Source: a virus
Taxonomy: Duplodnaviria; Caudoviricetes
Strand: one strand, 5' to 3'
Virus record (IMG/VR): IMGVR_UViG_3300005662_000071
Span: 1 to 46,991 of that record
DNA: 46,991 nt
The position numbers were made by a program, and so were the translations under genes. Positions 1-9,302 of this stretch are shown in pieces. Position 1 is the stretch's first letter, and the number at the start of each line of letters is the position of its first letter. A model generated the notes under the pieces. It searched no databases and was not told the DNA's origin. It was given only the letters and a program-made list of their open reading frames with translations.

Positions 1-20
1 GGTGAACTTAGTTGAGCCAT
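1..20 (-). CDS. 5' end of probable tail sheath protein (T4 gp18-like), running off the window
   Basis: Reverse complement reads ATG GCT CAA CTA AGT TCA CC (MAQLSSP..), resembling the 'xxSPG' N-terminus of T4-like sheaths. There is an upstream GGAG RBS (29-32), a CATAAATA motif (53-60), and neck genes nearby. Only about 7 codons are visible. Confidence 0.5.
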
Positions 21-52
21 ATTATAATCTCCATGAATACATGTTCTAATTG

Positions 53-60
53 TATTTATG
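53..60 (-). promoter_or_regulatory. T4-type late promoter-like motif CATAAATA
   Basis: One mismatch to the gp55-dependent consensus TATAAATA; intergenic, upstream of the putative sheath start. Confidence 0.55.
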
Positions 61-112
61 GTGAAAGCTCTTTTTGAGCTGGTTATAACTATTGAAAAAG
101 GGGGTAAAAAGG

Positions 113-120
113 TGTAAATA
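113..120 (+). promoter_or_regulatory. Late promoter-like motif TGTAAATA
   Basis: TAAATA core at 115-120, 5 nt before ATG 126, with no Shine-Dalgarno sequence in between. Confidence 0.5.
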
Positions 121-125
121 ACTGC

Positions 126-461
126 ATGAGACCACTTTGTTCATGCGGATTACGACCTTGTGCAGTAAATTATCGCAAAGGAAAGAAGACCTACTATCGT
201 AAGTTATGTGAGGCGTGCCTGTACAACGGAACTAACGCAGGATCACCTAAGTGGTTTCGTTCAGGCTACAAATTAAAAAACACCTGCGACAAGTGCGGAT
301 TTAAAAGTCCACACAAGGAGGTGTTTAATGTGTTTCACGTAGACGGCGATTTAAACAACTGCCGCCCTACAAATCTCAAGACAGTATGTGCGAACTGTCA
401 GAGAGTCCTGCATAAAGAGGGCGTTCGCTGGAAGCAAGGGGACCTTGTACCAGACCTTTAA
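126..461 (+). CDS. Zn-binding HNH-endonuclease-like protein
   Basis: Cys pairs (CSC, CEAC, CDKC, CANC) and HNH-like core HVDGDLNNCRPTNLKTVCANCQRVLH. Confidence 0.7.
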   Translation: MRPLCSCGLRPCAVNYRKGKKTYYRKLCEACLYNGTNAGSPKWFRSGYKLKNTCDKCGFKSPHKEVFNVFHVDGDLNNCRPTNLKTVCANCQRVLHKEGVRWKQGDLVPDL

Positions 462-1056
462 CCTGTGCAAACAAATCTTCAATACTTCCATTATTATCAA
501 AGACATGATCAAAGTTAGTGCCCACCCAAGCAGTTTCGCTGGCGTGAATCTTTTGTTCATCTAACCAGGTTTTAGCGTTACTTTTTCCACGGTTAGCCTG
601 CAGGGCAATATCGTACCAATGAGGGCGGATGCCTCGCTCAACGCAGACAATTTTGCCACCAGCTTCTTTAATTGACTTAATTTCGTTAGGGAATCGGCAG
701 TCTGAAATGACGATGTCGTCTCGGCTGTTACGTAGCTTATTTTCTAAGGCAGCAATCCAGATATCATCGTGGAAGCCCTTTCTGCATACTTCTGTGCCCC
801 AGTATTGTAGAACCCAACGCGGAGTTAAGTTAGGCATATTTAGGCGCTCTGACCACCACGGATCTACTTGTTCTCGCCATTCACGGGCTGATGTAGTGCG
901 GCCCTCTAGCATTGTTCTGTCCCACCCAAATACTTGGGCAACTGCATCTTTTAAACTGTTGGCAAAACTTTCACGCCTAAAACCATGAAAATTAGTAAGG
1001 TAATCTGCAACTGTATCTTTACCACTACCAATAAACCCGCACACACCTATGATCAT
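376..1056 (-). CDS. Deoxynucleoside monophosphate kinase (T4 gp1-like)
   Basis: N-terminal P-loop GFIGSGKDT, plus FANSLKD, PRWVLQYWGTEVCR, ISDCRFPNE and HASE motifs typical of phage dNMP kinases. Confidence 0.9.
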   Translation of the reverse strand: MIIGVCGFIGSGKDTVADYLTNFHGFRRESFANSLKDAVAQVFGWDRTMLEGRTTSAREWREQVDPWWSERLNMPNLTPRWVLQYWGTEVCRKGFHDDIWIAALENKLRNSRDDIVISDCRFPNEIKSIKEAGGKIVCVERGIRPHWYDIALQANRGKSNAKTWLDEQKIHASETAWVGTNFDHVFDNNGSIEDLFAQVKGLVQGPLASSERPLYAGLSDSSHILS

Positions 1057-1078
1057 AAGAACCCCCGTAATTTCTGCT

Positions 1079-1108
1079 ATTATATAACAGATTCGTTACA
1101 GGGGTCAA
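1079..1108 (-). promoter_or_regulatory. Sigma70-like promoter for the dNMP kinase
   Basis: Minus strand TTGACC (1103-1108), 18-nt spacer, TATAAT (1079-1084), in the intergenic gap upstream of 1056. Confidence 0.6.
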
Positions 1109-1115
1109 TAATTTA

Positions 1116-1892
1116 TTAGCCAATTACGAAAGTTAGAGGTGTTCCGCCTGGTACCATTTCGTTAATTTCTTTTTCTAATTTTTCAACTTCTTCTTTACCA
1201 GCTGCCTGCAATGCTGTACCGTTTAATGTAATTGCACTGCCCGGGCCTGCGATGCTGCCAAACTTTGAACGTGCTTCTCCCAACATTAGTTTACAAACTG
1301 CTAGACTGTAATCATACAACCACTGTTTGGCGTATATATCTTGCAATAACACAAAATCTGGTCTAAAATTGTGTGTTCTTAACATAATTTGCTCTTGGGT
1401 GGCAAAGGGTCTTTGTAGGATTGTGAGTATGTGGCTGGTAGGCTTCCACTTGAATTCTATGTAGCTACCAAACATTTTCCCCACTAATTTTTGATATCCA
1501 GAGTACAACTCATAAGTTGCAAGGCCGCCCATCATACTTGAACTTAGTAAGTAGGTGTTAGTGTAGGCCAAATTAAAAGGCTCAAACAGCGATCCGCCAG
1601 CACCCATACCGCTTCTACTACCAATTGCTCTACGGAAGACACTTTGTACTTCAATTACTTCGTCAGGGAGTCTGTATTCGTTAACATCTTGCTGGAGTTC
1701 TAAGAACATATAGCTTTCTTCAACGGCATTACTGCTTCTCTGTCTAAGTTTACTAAGCGCCCGGTTTAGTGCAGTTTCGTAATGAATTGGATCTAGTTCA
1801 ACTTCGACCATTCCGTCACCGAGCATTGCTCGGACATAATCAAAGACTTTTTGGCGTTCTTGTTGGCTAGTTGTAGCGTTAGTATCAGGCAT
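1116..1892 (-). CDS. Neck/head-completion protein, T4 gp13-like
   Basis: LGDGMVEVELD near the N-terminus; WLYDYSLAVCKLMLGEARSKF..GPGSAITLNG and a C-terminal FVIG; size and context fit. Confidence 0.8.
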   Translation of the reverse strand: MPDTNATTSQQERQKVFDYVRAMLGDGMVEVELDPIHYETALNRALSKLRQRSSNAVEESYMFLELQQDVNEYRLPDEVIEVQSVFRRAIGSRSGMGAGGSLFEPFNLAYTNTYLLSSSMMGGLATYELYSGYQKLVGKMFGSYIEFKWKPTSHILTILQRPFATQEQIMLRTHNFRPDFVLLQDIYAKQWLYDYSLAVCKLMLGEARSKFGSIAGPGSAITLNGTALQAAGKEEVEKLEKEINEMVPGGTPLTFVIG

Positions 1893-1907
1893 ATTTGCTC
1901 TCCCTAC

Positions 1908-1928
1908 ATATTTAGCTGGCGATAAATA
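1908..1928. promoter_or_regulatory. Back-to-back late promoter-like motifs
   Basis: CTAAATA on minus (1909-1915) faces the gp13-like gene; GATAAATA on plus (1921-1928) faces the gp14-like gene. Confidence 0.6.
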
Positions 1929-1933
1929 TGATT

Positions 1934-3268
1934 ATGCCACGATTATCTCTATACAAACCCGAACGAGGGCAAGACTATAAATTCATAGATCGCCAGATAT
2001 CTGAAATGTTTCAGGTTGGCGGTACTGATGTGCATCTGCACAAATACTTAGGTCCTGCAAACCCTACTGAACAATCTGCAACAGCGGATCAGCCCCATTA
2101 CGTTGACGGGGTTAAAGAAACAAATATTCAGGATCTATTACTATTAGAAAATAGAGATAGAAAGTATGATCCTAGTATATACAAAATTAGAGGACTATAC
2201 AATGTACAAAATATTGACTTTAACCTAAGTCAGTTTGGTCTGTTTATCGACAACGACACATTGTTTATGACCGTGCATATTAATGACTTTATCAAGTACA
2301 TCGGACGTAAACCTCTCAGCGGTGACGTTATAGAATTACCGCACCTACGAGACGAGTTCGCCTTAAACGATTTTGATATTAGCTTGCCAAGATACTATGT
2401 TATTGAAGACGTAGGTCGTGCAAGTGAAGGATTTTCAGCAACTTGGTATCCACACTTGTATAGATTGAAATGCAAAAAGATCACTGACAACCAGCAGTTC
2501 TCTGATATACTTGATCAGCCTGCTAAAGAAGGTAGTGATCAAACTCTACGTGACTTGTTAAGTACCGCGGCAAAAGAATTAGAAATCAACGACAGTGTGC
2601 TGTCACAGGCAGAAGCCGATGTTCCTCAAAGTGGATTTGAAACTAGACAGTACTACACTCTAGCAGTTGATCCAACAAACGGTCAACCTATCTTAGAAAC
2701 AACCTCGGGGGATCCCCAACCTGGCGTTCCGAGTCGTGCTGGCTATAGCGGATATTTGTTAGGCGATGGTTATCCTCCTAATGGTCATAGTTTTGGTCAC
2801 GGTATTCAATTTCCACAAGCACCTCAAGACAATGACTTTTTCCTAAGGACTGACCTATTACCAAATAGACTGTTTAAGTATGACGGAAATCGTTGGGTGA
2901 AGATTGAAGATAAAGTTAGACACACATTAACTAACACTGATACTAGACAAACTCTCAAGACTAGTTTTATTAATAATAAAAACATTACAGGAACAACTGT
3001 GGTCCAAGAAGGAGTTGAGATTCCAACAGCCAATACTATGACGATTCAAACAGCAATACCTTATACCGCTGGCATGGGCGGCAAGGTGTTTATCGATGAT
3101 TCAAAAGTACAATCGGTAGTTGTTACATCCGGTACTGGCGGCAATGCACTGATTACTATGGGCGAAACTGCACCTGTTAGTAGTAATGTTCAATGGACAT
3201 TGTTTAAGTCATTTATTGACGAACGTAGTTCCGTTAGCAAGGCAGTTAAACCTAAGGCAGATTTATAA
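1934..3268 (+). CDS. Neck protein, T4 gp14-like, with C-terminal extension
   Basis: LSQFGLFIDNDTLFMTVH..KPLSGDVIELPHL resembles the gp14 core; lies between gp13-like and gp15-like genes. Start moved from 1928 to 1934 (MPRLSLY) because ATG 1928 overlaps the promoter motif. Confidence 0.65.
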   Translation: MPRLSLYKPERGQDYKFIDRQISEMFQVGGTDVHLHKYLGPANPTEQSATADQPHYVDGVKETNIQDLLLLENRDRKYDPSIYKIRGLYNVQNIDFNLSQFGLFIDNDTLFMTVHINDFIKYIGRKPLSGDVIELPHLRDEFALNDFDISLPRYYVIEDVGRASEGFSATWYPHLYRLKCKKITDNQQFSDILDQPAKEGSDQTLRDLLSTAAKELEINDSVLSQAEADVPQSGFETRQYYTLAVDPTNGQPILETTSGDPQPGVPSRAGYSGYLLGDGYPPNGHSFGHGIQFPQAPQDNDFFLRTDLLPNRLFKYDGNRWVKIEDKVRHTLTNTDTRQTLKTSFINNKNITGTTVVQEGVEIPTANTMTIQTAIPYTAGMGGKVFIDDSKVQSVVVTSGTGGNALITMGETAPVSSNVQWTLFKSFIDERSSVSKAVKPKADL

Positions 3269-4716
3269 TGCAACATTTTTATGACGGTCAGATACGCAGA
3301 TATCTGTTACAGACTATTAGAGTCTTGAGTAATTTTACAGTCAAGTACGGCGACGGACGATTGGTTAGAATTCCAGTAGTCTACGGCGACGCAGACAGAC
3401 AGGCCGCATCAATTATGCGACAAAACAGTGAGAATAAAATTAACAGTGCTCCTAGGATTGCTGTCTATATTACTGGTCTTTCTTTAGATCCTAGCAGACT
3501 ATCTGACTCAACATTTGTAGGTAAGGTGCATGTGAGAGAACGAGCAGTTGACGAAGAGACTGGCGACTACACTACCGGTGAAGGTGCTAACTACACCATT
3601 GAACGCCTAATGCCAACTCCCTTTAAGTTAGACATCAAGGCCGACATTTGGGCGGCCAACACTGACCAAAAATTACAGATATTAGAACAAATCCTAGTGC
3701 TGTTTAATCCAACACTAGAACTACAAACAACTGACAACTACGTTGACTGGTCAAGTTTAAGCGTACTGGAAATTAAAGATCTAGCTTGGAGTTCTCGTAG
3801 TGTTCCTGTTGGAGCCGACAGTCCTATTGACATTGCTACTATAACATTTACTACTCCAATATGGATTAATCCTCCTGTAAAAATCAAACAACTTGGTATT
3901 ATTACACAAATCATTACCAGCTTGCACGAAGGTATTAGTACGCCAGAGGCGTCTTACATTGACGGGTTAGGAACTGATCCAATTGCTGACGGTGCACAAA
4001 CTGGTATTAATCTTGTAACTAGAATTGCTGTAACTTTAAGTAATTATGGAGTACAAGTTTATAATGGTCAAGCTAAATTGCTGGCAAAAAATGAAAATGT
4101 TATTGCAGATGACCCTTATGCGATTCCGATAAAGCAAGGCAATGACATCAGCTGGTACACCTTACTAAATCAGCATCCTGGACAATATAAGGCCGGGTAT
4201 AGTCAAATATATCTTAAACAACCGATGGGCAATGAGGTTATCGGAACCATTGCTATTAATCCAGCAGATGACTCTGTATTGACAATAAATTGGGACAGTG
4301 ACACTTACCCTAGTAATACAGACTTAGATCCAACTGGTCCTCGAAGCTCAAGTCCAGGTACCTTCGATGCTATTGTTAATCCGTTAACTTTTAATCCCAA
4401 AGGGCAAGACGGCCTCGGGTCTGTAGTAGCTGGCGCTCGATACCTAATAGTAGAAAACATCGGCGATATAGACAATGAAGACGGCCCAGATGCATGGAAA
4501 TCTACTAATGATGTCGACTTTGTAGCAAAAGAAAATGACATTATACAATGGGACGGCACACAGTGGCAGGTTATTTTTGAAGCCGCTCAGAGTGAAGACA
4601 CCTTAGTCTATCAAACAAATATATACACTGGAGTTCAGTATAAGTGGGATGGAATTAGCTGGACTAAATCGTTTGAAGGCGAATATGAAGAGGGTTCATG
4701 GAGACTAAGACTATAA
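3268..4716 (+). CDS. Tail sheath stabiliser/terminator, T4 gp15-like, with C-terminal extension
   Basis: MQHFYDGQIRRY..SNF, IPVVYG, MPTPFKL, QILEQILVLFNP match the gp15 family pattern; coupled to the upstream gene by TAATG. Confidence 0.8.
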   Translation: MQHFYDGQIRRYLLQTIRVLSNFTVKYGDGRLVRIPVVYGDADRQAASIMRQNSENKINSAPRIAVYITGLSLDPSRLSDSTFVGKVHVRERAVDEETGDYTTGEGANYTIERLMPTPFKLDIKADIWAANTDQKLQILEQILVLFNPTLELQTTDNYVDWSSLSVLEIKDLAWSSRSVPVGADSPIDIATITFTTPIWINPPVKIKQLGIITQIITSLHEGISTPEASYIDGLGTDPIADGAQTGINLVTRIAVTLSNYGVQVYNGQAKLLAKNENVIADDPYAIPIKQGNDISWYTLLNQHPGQYKAGYSQIYLKQPMGNEVIGTIAINPADDSVLTINWDSDTYPSNTDLDPTGPRSSSPGTFDAIVNPLTFNPKGQDGLGSVVAGARYLIVENIGDIDNEDGPDAWKSTNDVDFVAKENDIIQWDGTQWQVIFEAAQSEDTLVYQTNIYTGVQYKWDGISWTKSFEGEYEEGSWRLRL

Positions 4717-5144
4717 CAGAAATTGTCTGTAGTGGCGCATTAATTTACGCCAAAAAAAGTCACAGGTTTTTACTCTTACAAAAAGCTGAAGGCAAACATG
4801 CTGGTACATGGGGTTTAGTAGGCGGCACAAATCTTGAAGGCGAAACTGCGTGGCAGGGTCTCCAGCGTGAAATTGCAGAAGAAATTGGCAGTAATTTTAA
4901 AATAATTAAAACAATACCCATTGAAACATTTGTCAGCAATGACAATGTTTTTAATTTCCATACCTACCTTTGTTTAGTAGACGATGAGTTTGTTCCTGCA
5001 CTCAGTGAGGAACATAGCGGGTGGGCTTGGGTCACCATTGATCGTGCGCCAAAGCCACTGCATCAAGGACTTAGAAACAGTTTTAGCAACAAAACTGTAC
5101 GTACTAAATTACAAACAATCTTTGACCTAGTTGGTCTAATCTAA
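4698..5144 (+). CDS. NUDIX hydrolase
   Basis: Nudix box GGTNLEGETAWQGLQREIAEEIG; LSEEHSGWAW. Confidence 0.9.
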   Translation: METKTITEIVCSGALIYAKKSHRFLLLQKAEGKHAGTWGLVGGTNLEGETAWQGLQREIAEEIGSNFKIIKTIPIETFVSNDNVFNFHTYLCLVDDEFVPALSEEHSGWAWVTIDRAPKPLHQGLRNSFSNKTVRTKLQTIFDLVGLI

Positions 5145-5145
5145 T

Positions 5146-5976
5146 ATGTTTAATTGGTTTAAGAAAACAAAAAGTTGGGTGCGATTCTATTCTATGGATC
5201 AAAATGTAGCCATCATGTACCCAGTAGTTGACAATCGCCTAACTGATCGCGACTGGAACAACGTAGGTGATATCTCAAGAAATAGACCTGAACAGGGCAA
5301 ACAGACTGTTTTAAATTGCCCAGCGATTAAACAAATTACCAGTGTTGGCTATGTACTGCGGGCGCCTGCTGATTTTATAATCAAGACAGGACCAAGTATT
5401 CAACATTTATCGTGGGAAACTCCATTTGTGTTTAAAAGACACAGCGACAAATATACATTCGGTGGTAGTGAATACTACATTAGTTGGCATAGTCCGGCAC
5501 AAACTGAACCGTTGATTCCAAAAGAAATTCCCAGTACTGATAAAAAGTATTTGCATTCAGCAGTAAAAGTTGAGACTCCTTGGCGAGTCAAAGCCAGTGA
5601 CGACATTGTCTTGTTACAGTTGCCTGTGACGTATAATAATGAAGCTAGGTTTACTGCTGCCATTGGCGTACTTGATCCAAAATACATGCATTCTGTCAGT
5701 GTACAACTATTTTGGCATGTGCTCGAAGGCGAAACTTTGGTAAAGGCAGGAACTCCGCTGGTACAGTATGTGCCCGTACAAAGAAGTTTATTTCAAAAAA
5801 ATTCAGTAGACTTTATTGTCGATACTGCTACAGATGTAGAAAAAGAAATTGAAGAAGCTTATGCATTTGCCAACCACAGTCGCTTCCCTAAAACTGATTC
5901 TGCTGGTAACAAGGTGCGAGTAATCACTCAGCTGTTTGAATACTTTAGAAAAAAGTATCCCAAATCTAAAATTTAA
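5146..5976 (+). CDS. Uncharacterised protein (possibly DUF6065/dUTPase-like beta fold), paralog of 19157-19954
   Basis: Shares VRFY, CP.I..I..G.V..APADF.IKT, VKVETPWR..ASDD, DPKYMH and QLFWHVLEGETLV.AGTPL.Q with 19157-19954. The family name is tentative. Confidence 0.6.
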   Translation: MFNWFKKTKSWVRFYSMDQNVAIMYPVVDNRLTDRDWNNVGDISRNRPEQGKQTVLNCPAIKQITSVGYVLRAPADFIIKTGPSIQHLSWETPFVFKRHSDKYTFGGSEYYISWHSPAQTEPLIPKEIPSTDKKYLHSAVKVETPWRVKASDDIVLLQLPVTYNNEARFTAAIGVLDPKYMHSVSVQLFWHVLEGETLVKAGTPLVQYVPVQRSLFQKNSVDFIVDTATDVEKEIEEAYAFANHSRFPKTDSAGNKVRVITQLFEYFRKKYPKSKI

Positions 5977-6560
5977 ATTTTAAGTTTAGTTAGAGGATGC
6001 TTGTTGATAGTTCCTCTAAGAAATGTATTAAAGCTCAATGTAATGCGAGGAGAGTCTCCTTGGTATTCCTCTACCAAATGTTCAACAGAACTGGGAAAAA
6101 TTAACATTTCTCCAGGCGCTAGATTGATACCCCAACGCTTAGAATTATACAAATTTGACTCAATGATATCGTACTCTAGTGTGTCAAATGCACTGGTTAT
6201 AAACACTGTTGCACCTCCTTGATTGTCAGTGGCTAGTGAAACGATACCACTTAAAATAGAATTTGGATGCCAGTGTCTATGATGACTTTGCCCTTTTTCT
6301 GTTTTGTTAACCCATGACTCGGTGATATAAATTTCACATTCCGGTGACGCATTTATAATTCCGTAAAAGTAGGACTGTACTTTTTCCATAATTGCTTGTT
6401 TAACTTGAGCAAATTCTTCTGTGTCTAATACCTGCTGACTACTACTGATACTGTTATTATAATTTTCAAGCCATTCAATGTTAGACATGTCTAAATTTAA
6501 ATCAATACCAGTTTTAAACATTGGCTTGGCAAACAAAGGGATCAGCTGTTCATTAATCAT
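5973..6560 (-). CDS. Putative Fe(II)/2OG oxygenase, TIGR02466/2OG-FeII_Oxy_5-like
   Basis: SWVN..HRHWHPNSILSG..GEMLIFPSSVEHLV..RITLSFN. Start set at MINEQLIPLF (6560) after an AGGTG RBS; the ORF track begins at 6599. Confidence 0.85.
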   Translation of the reverse strand: MINEQLIPLFAKPMFKTGIDLNLDMSNIEWLENYNNSISSSQQVLDTEEFAQVKQAIMEKVQSYFYGIINASPECEIYITESWVNKTEKGQSHHRHWHPNSILSGIVSLATDNQGGATVFITSAFDTLEYDIIESNLYNSKRWGINLAPGEMLIFPSSVEHLVEEYQGDSPRITLSFNTFLRGTINKHPLTKLKI

Positions 6561-6619
6561 TAAAGGGCACCTGTAAGTATGATATATATAGTACTTCACA
6601 CCTGGTTAACAAACAATTT

Positions 6620-7198
6620 ATGAAATTAGAAAAAGACATTGGCATTTGGGAAGGGCTTATTAGAGCAGAAGACTGCCAAGCCCTGATTGATTATTTTCAC
6701 AAAATCAAAGAATCTAAACTAAGCTACACACGATTGGACCTTAGAGAAGCACCCAGTCACAAAAAGAATGACGAGGCGGTGTTTGTCTTAGACCCAGAAA
6801 CTATGCGTGTCATGCCTAATGAAAAACTAGTAGTTCCGTTTATGCAAAAATTTTGGAACTGCTACCGACAGTACATGGAACACTACAGTGTGCTTCTTGA
6901 AACAGGAGACCACCAAGTTAGAGCAATGAAGGTTCAAAAAACTCTGCCCGGTCAAGGATACCACATGTGGCATTTTGAATCAGACAGTCTAGATCGCAGT
7001 GCTAGAATTTGTTCTTGGGCTGTATTTTTAAACGATGTTGAACAGGGTGGCGAGACAGAATTCTTATATCAAAGTACTAGAGTACCTGCAACACAGGGCA
7101 CACTAATGATTTGGCCTGCTGGTTTTCCTCACACACATCGCGGAAATCCTCCGTTAAGTGGAGAAAAATTTATCCTAACAGGTTGGATTGAATTCTAA
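6620..7198 (+). CDS. Fe(II)/2OG oxygenase, prolyl-4-hydroxylase-like
   Basis: GYHMWHFE (HxE), LNDVEQGGETEF, WPAGFPHTHRGNPPLSGEKFILTGW. Confidence 0.9.
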   Translation: MKLEKDIGIWEGLIRAEDCQALIDYFHKIKESKLSYTRLDLREAPSHKKNDEAVFVLDPETMRVMPNEKLVVPFMQKFWNCYRQYMEHYSVLLETGDHQVRAMKVQKTLPGQGYHMWHFESDSLDRSARICSWAVFLNDVEQGGETEFLYQSTRVPATQGTLMIWPAGFPHTHRGNPPLSGEKFILTGWIEF

Positions 7199-7803
7199 TG
7201 GAAGTTTTAAATTTGTTTCCTGTTGAATTTTTTGTTTTTAAAAACAATGCAATTGACAACACTAAACTTATTGCAGAGCTCGAAGCGTTAGATGGCATTG
7301 AAATTAAAAAATCAACAACTATGAGTCTTCTTGTTGATCTAAGAAAAAATGAAAAATTTAAAGAACTGTTCTCTTGGTTTGATCAGTGTCTTGAAGAAAT
7401 TAGACAGACTATGAAATACGATTGCGATCAATTTGAAATTACTAACAGTTGGGTAAATGTAGCCTTGCCTAAGTATAACATGCATCAAAATTATCACAAG
7501 CACTCTATGAGTTTTTATAGTGCTGTCTATTACTTTACAGAAGGCTCTGCTACAGAGTTTGAAGATACAGTAGTTGATCGATCAAGAGCACAGTTAGAAG
7601 TATTACGACACGATTATCAACCGTGGGAAACTGTAGTGCCAGAGCCGGGTAAACTAGTTATTTTTCCTAGCTATGTTTATCATCGAAGCCATGCTCACAT
7701 GGGCGATAAGGCTCGGTATATTTTAAGTTTTAATACATTACCGGCTGGTAAAGTAAACTATCAGTTAGCCACTGATTCAAAAGTACATATTAAGGTTGAG
7801 TAA
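7198..7803 (+). CDS. Putative Fe(II)/2OG oxygenase, TIGR02466-like
   Basis: LFP at the N-terminus, ITNSWVN, YHKHSMSFYSAVYY, PGKLVIFPSYVYH, RYILSFN. Confidence 0.85.
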   Translation: MEVLNLFPVEFFVFKNNAIDNTKLIAELEALDGIEIKKSTTMSLLVDLRKNEKFKELFSWFDQCLEEIRQTMKYDCDQFEITNSWVNVALPKYNMHQNYHKHSMSFYSAVYYFTEGSATEFEDTVVDRSRAQLEVLRHDYQPWETVVPEPGKLVIFPSYVYHRSHAHMGDKARYILSFNTLPAGKVNYQLATDSKVHIKVE

Positions 7804-9302
7804 TGATTAAAAAACTTATAGTCTTAGGTGGTGGTAATGCAGGACTAATGTCTGCGTTGTATCTTAAAAAATCTATTCCGGATTTAGAAATAGCACTGAT
7901 AAAATCTAAAAAGATAGGCACTATTGGTGTTGGTGAAGGGTCAACTGAACATTGGACTATGTTTGCTACCGCAGTAGGTATTAACATCATAGACCTTATC
8001 AATCACTGCGGCGCCACTATTAAAATTGGTGTTAAATTTGAAGACTGGCACGGTGACGGTACTAGTTACTTTCATAGCTTACCAGCACATCTTGTGTCGT
8101 TAGATTCATATACTGGCGCCGCAACTACCATGATGCGCCTAATAGGTGACGGTGTTAGTACCGAAGGACTACACTGGCAGTTACCTATGGACGGCTATGT
8201 CCGTGAACCCCTTACTGACTATTTTCAATTCCATTTTGACAGTGAAAAATTAAACAGTTTCTTAGAAAAGAAATGTGTGTCGTTGGGCATAACAGTAACT
8301 GAAGCAGAAGTAGTCGGGCCTATACTAGACGATCAGGGATTTGTTTCTCAAGTTATTGATGATCAAGGACAGTCTTATTCTGCAGACTTTTTTATAGACA
8401 GTAGCGGATTCAATCGAGTGATTGCTTCTAAGTTAGGAGCAGAATGGGTCAACTGGTCAAAGTATCTACCACTAAACAGTGCTGTAGCATTCCAGACTGC
8501 ATATGAAGAAAAGATTCCGCCATATACTTTGGCCAAGGCAATGTCTAGTGGTTGGCACTGGCGTAGTCCAGTTCAAGATCGTTTTGGTAACGGTTATGTG
8601 TTTAGTGATCAATTTATCAGTGAAGATCAAGCCATAGGCGAAATACAAAAACATTTTAAAGATACAATAAAAGTTGGACGTAAGATTAATTTTGTGTCAG
8701 GCAAAGTTAATCAGGCATGGATTAAAAATTGTGTATCTATTGGTCTTAGCAGTAACTTTGTAGAACCACTGGAAGCCAGTAGTATTTCAACTACTATACA
8801 GCAACTTCGATTGCTATCAGCTTCTATTTGGAACTGGGGTCGAGATGACACTAGTACTATTAAAAAGTATAATAACGTAGTTGACGATATGATGTCAAAC
8901 GTTTTAGACTTTATTCAATTGCATTATTTTACTCAGCGAACTGATACAGAGTTTTGGCGGTGGTGTAAAAATGAAATTACTGTTACAGATTTTAATAAAG
9001 AAAACATAGAAGTGTTTAAAAAGAATTTCGTTAATCAAACAGTCTTACCAGAAGATGGTACTATGCGTAACTTTAGAATCTACGACTGTTTGAATTGGAT
9101 ACAGGTCATGCACGGGTTAAGAATGTTTGATCAATCTAGCATAAAAAAATTATACGAAACTCGGTATGGGAAATACAGAACTGCAGATATGGAATACTTG
9201 TCTAACTTACAGCACGAACCAACAAATGGTTGGATACCTTGTCGACAAGCAGTTAACATGGTTAAACAATTATCAACTACTAACATGGAATATAAATTAT
9301 GA
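7803..9302 (+). CDS. Flavin-dependent tryptophan halogenase family protein
   Basis: GGGNAG FAD motif, IGVGEGS, ATIKIG (catalytic Lys position), GWHWRSP, FVEPLEASS, LHY..R.DTEFW. Confidence 0.9.
   Translation: MIKKLIVLGGGNAGLMSALYLKKSIPDLEIALIKSKKIGTIGVGEGSTEHWTMFATAVGINIIDLINHCGATIKIGVKFEDWHGDGTSYFHSLPAHLVSLDSYTGAATTMMRLIGDGVSTEGLHWQLPMDGYVREPLTDYFQFHFDSEKLNSFLEKKCVSLGITVTEAEVVGPILDDQGFVSQVIDDQGQSYSADFFIDSSGFNRVIASKLGAEWVNWSKYLPLNSAVAFQTAYEEKIPPYTLAKAMSSGWHWRSPVQDRFGNGYVFSDQFISEDQAIGEIQKHFKDTIKVGRKINFVSGKVNQAWIKNCVSIGLSSNFVEPLEASSISTTIQQLRLLSASIWNWGRDDTSTIKKYNNVVDDMMSNVLDFIQLHYFTQRTDTEFWRWCKNEITVTDFNKENIEVFKKNFVNQTVLPEDGTMRNFRIYDCLNWIQVMHGLRMFDQSSIKKLYETRYGKYRTADMEYLSNLQHEPTNGWIPCRQAVNMVKQLSTTNMEYKL

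Noticed and set aside
66-80. Hairpin AGCTC-TTTTT-GAGCT as a terminator
   Set aside because: Short stem, no U-tract after it, and it lies between divergent starts where no transcript should end.
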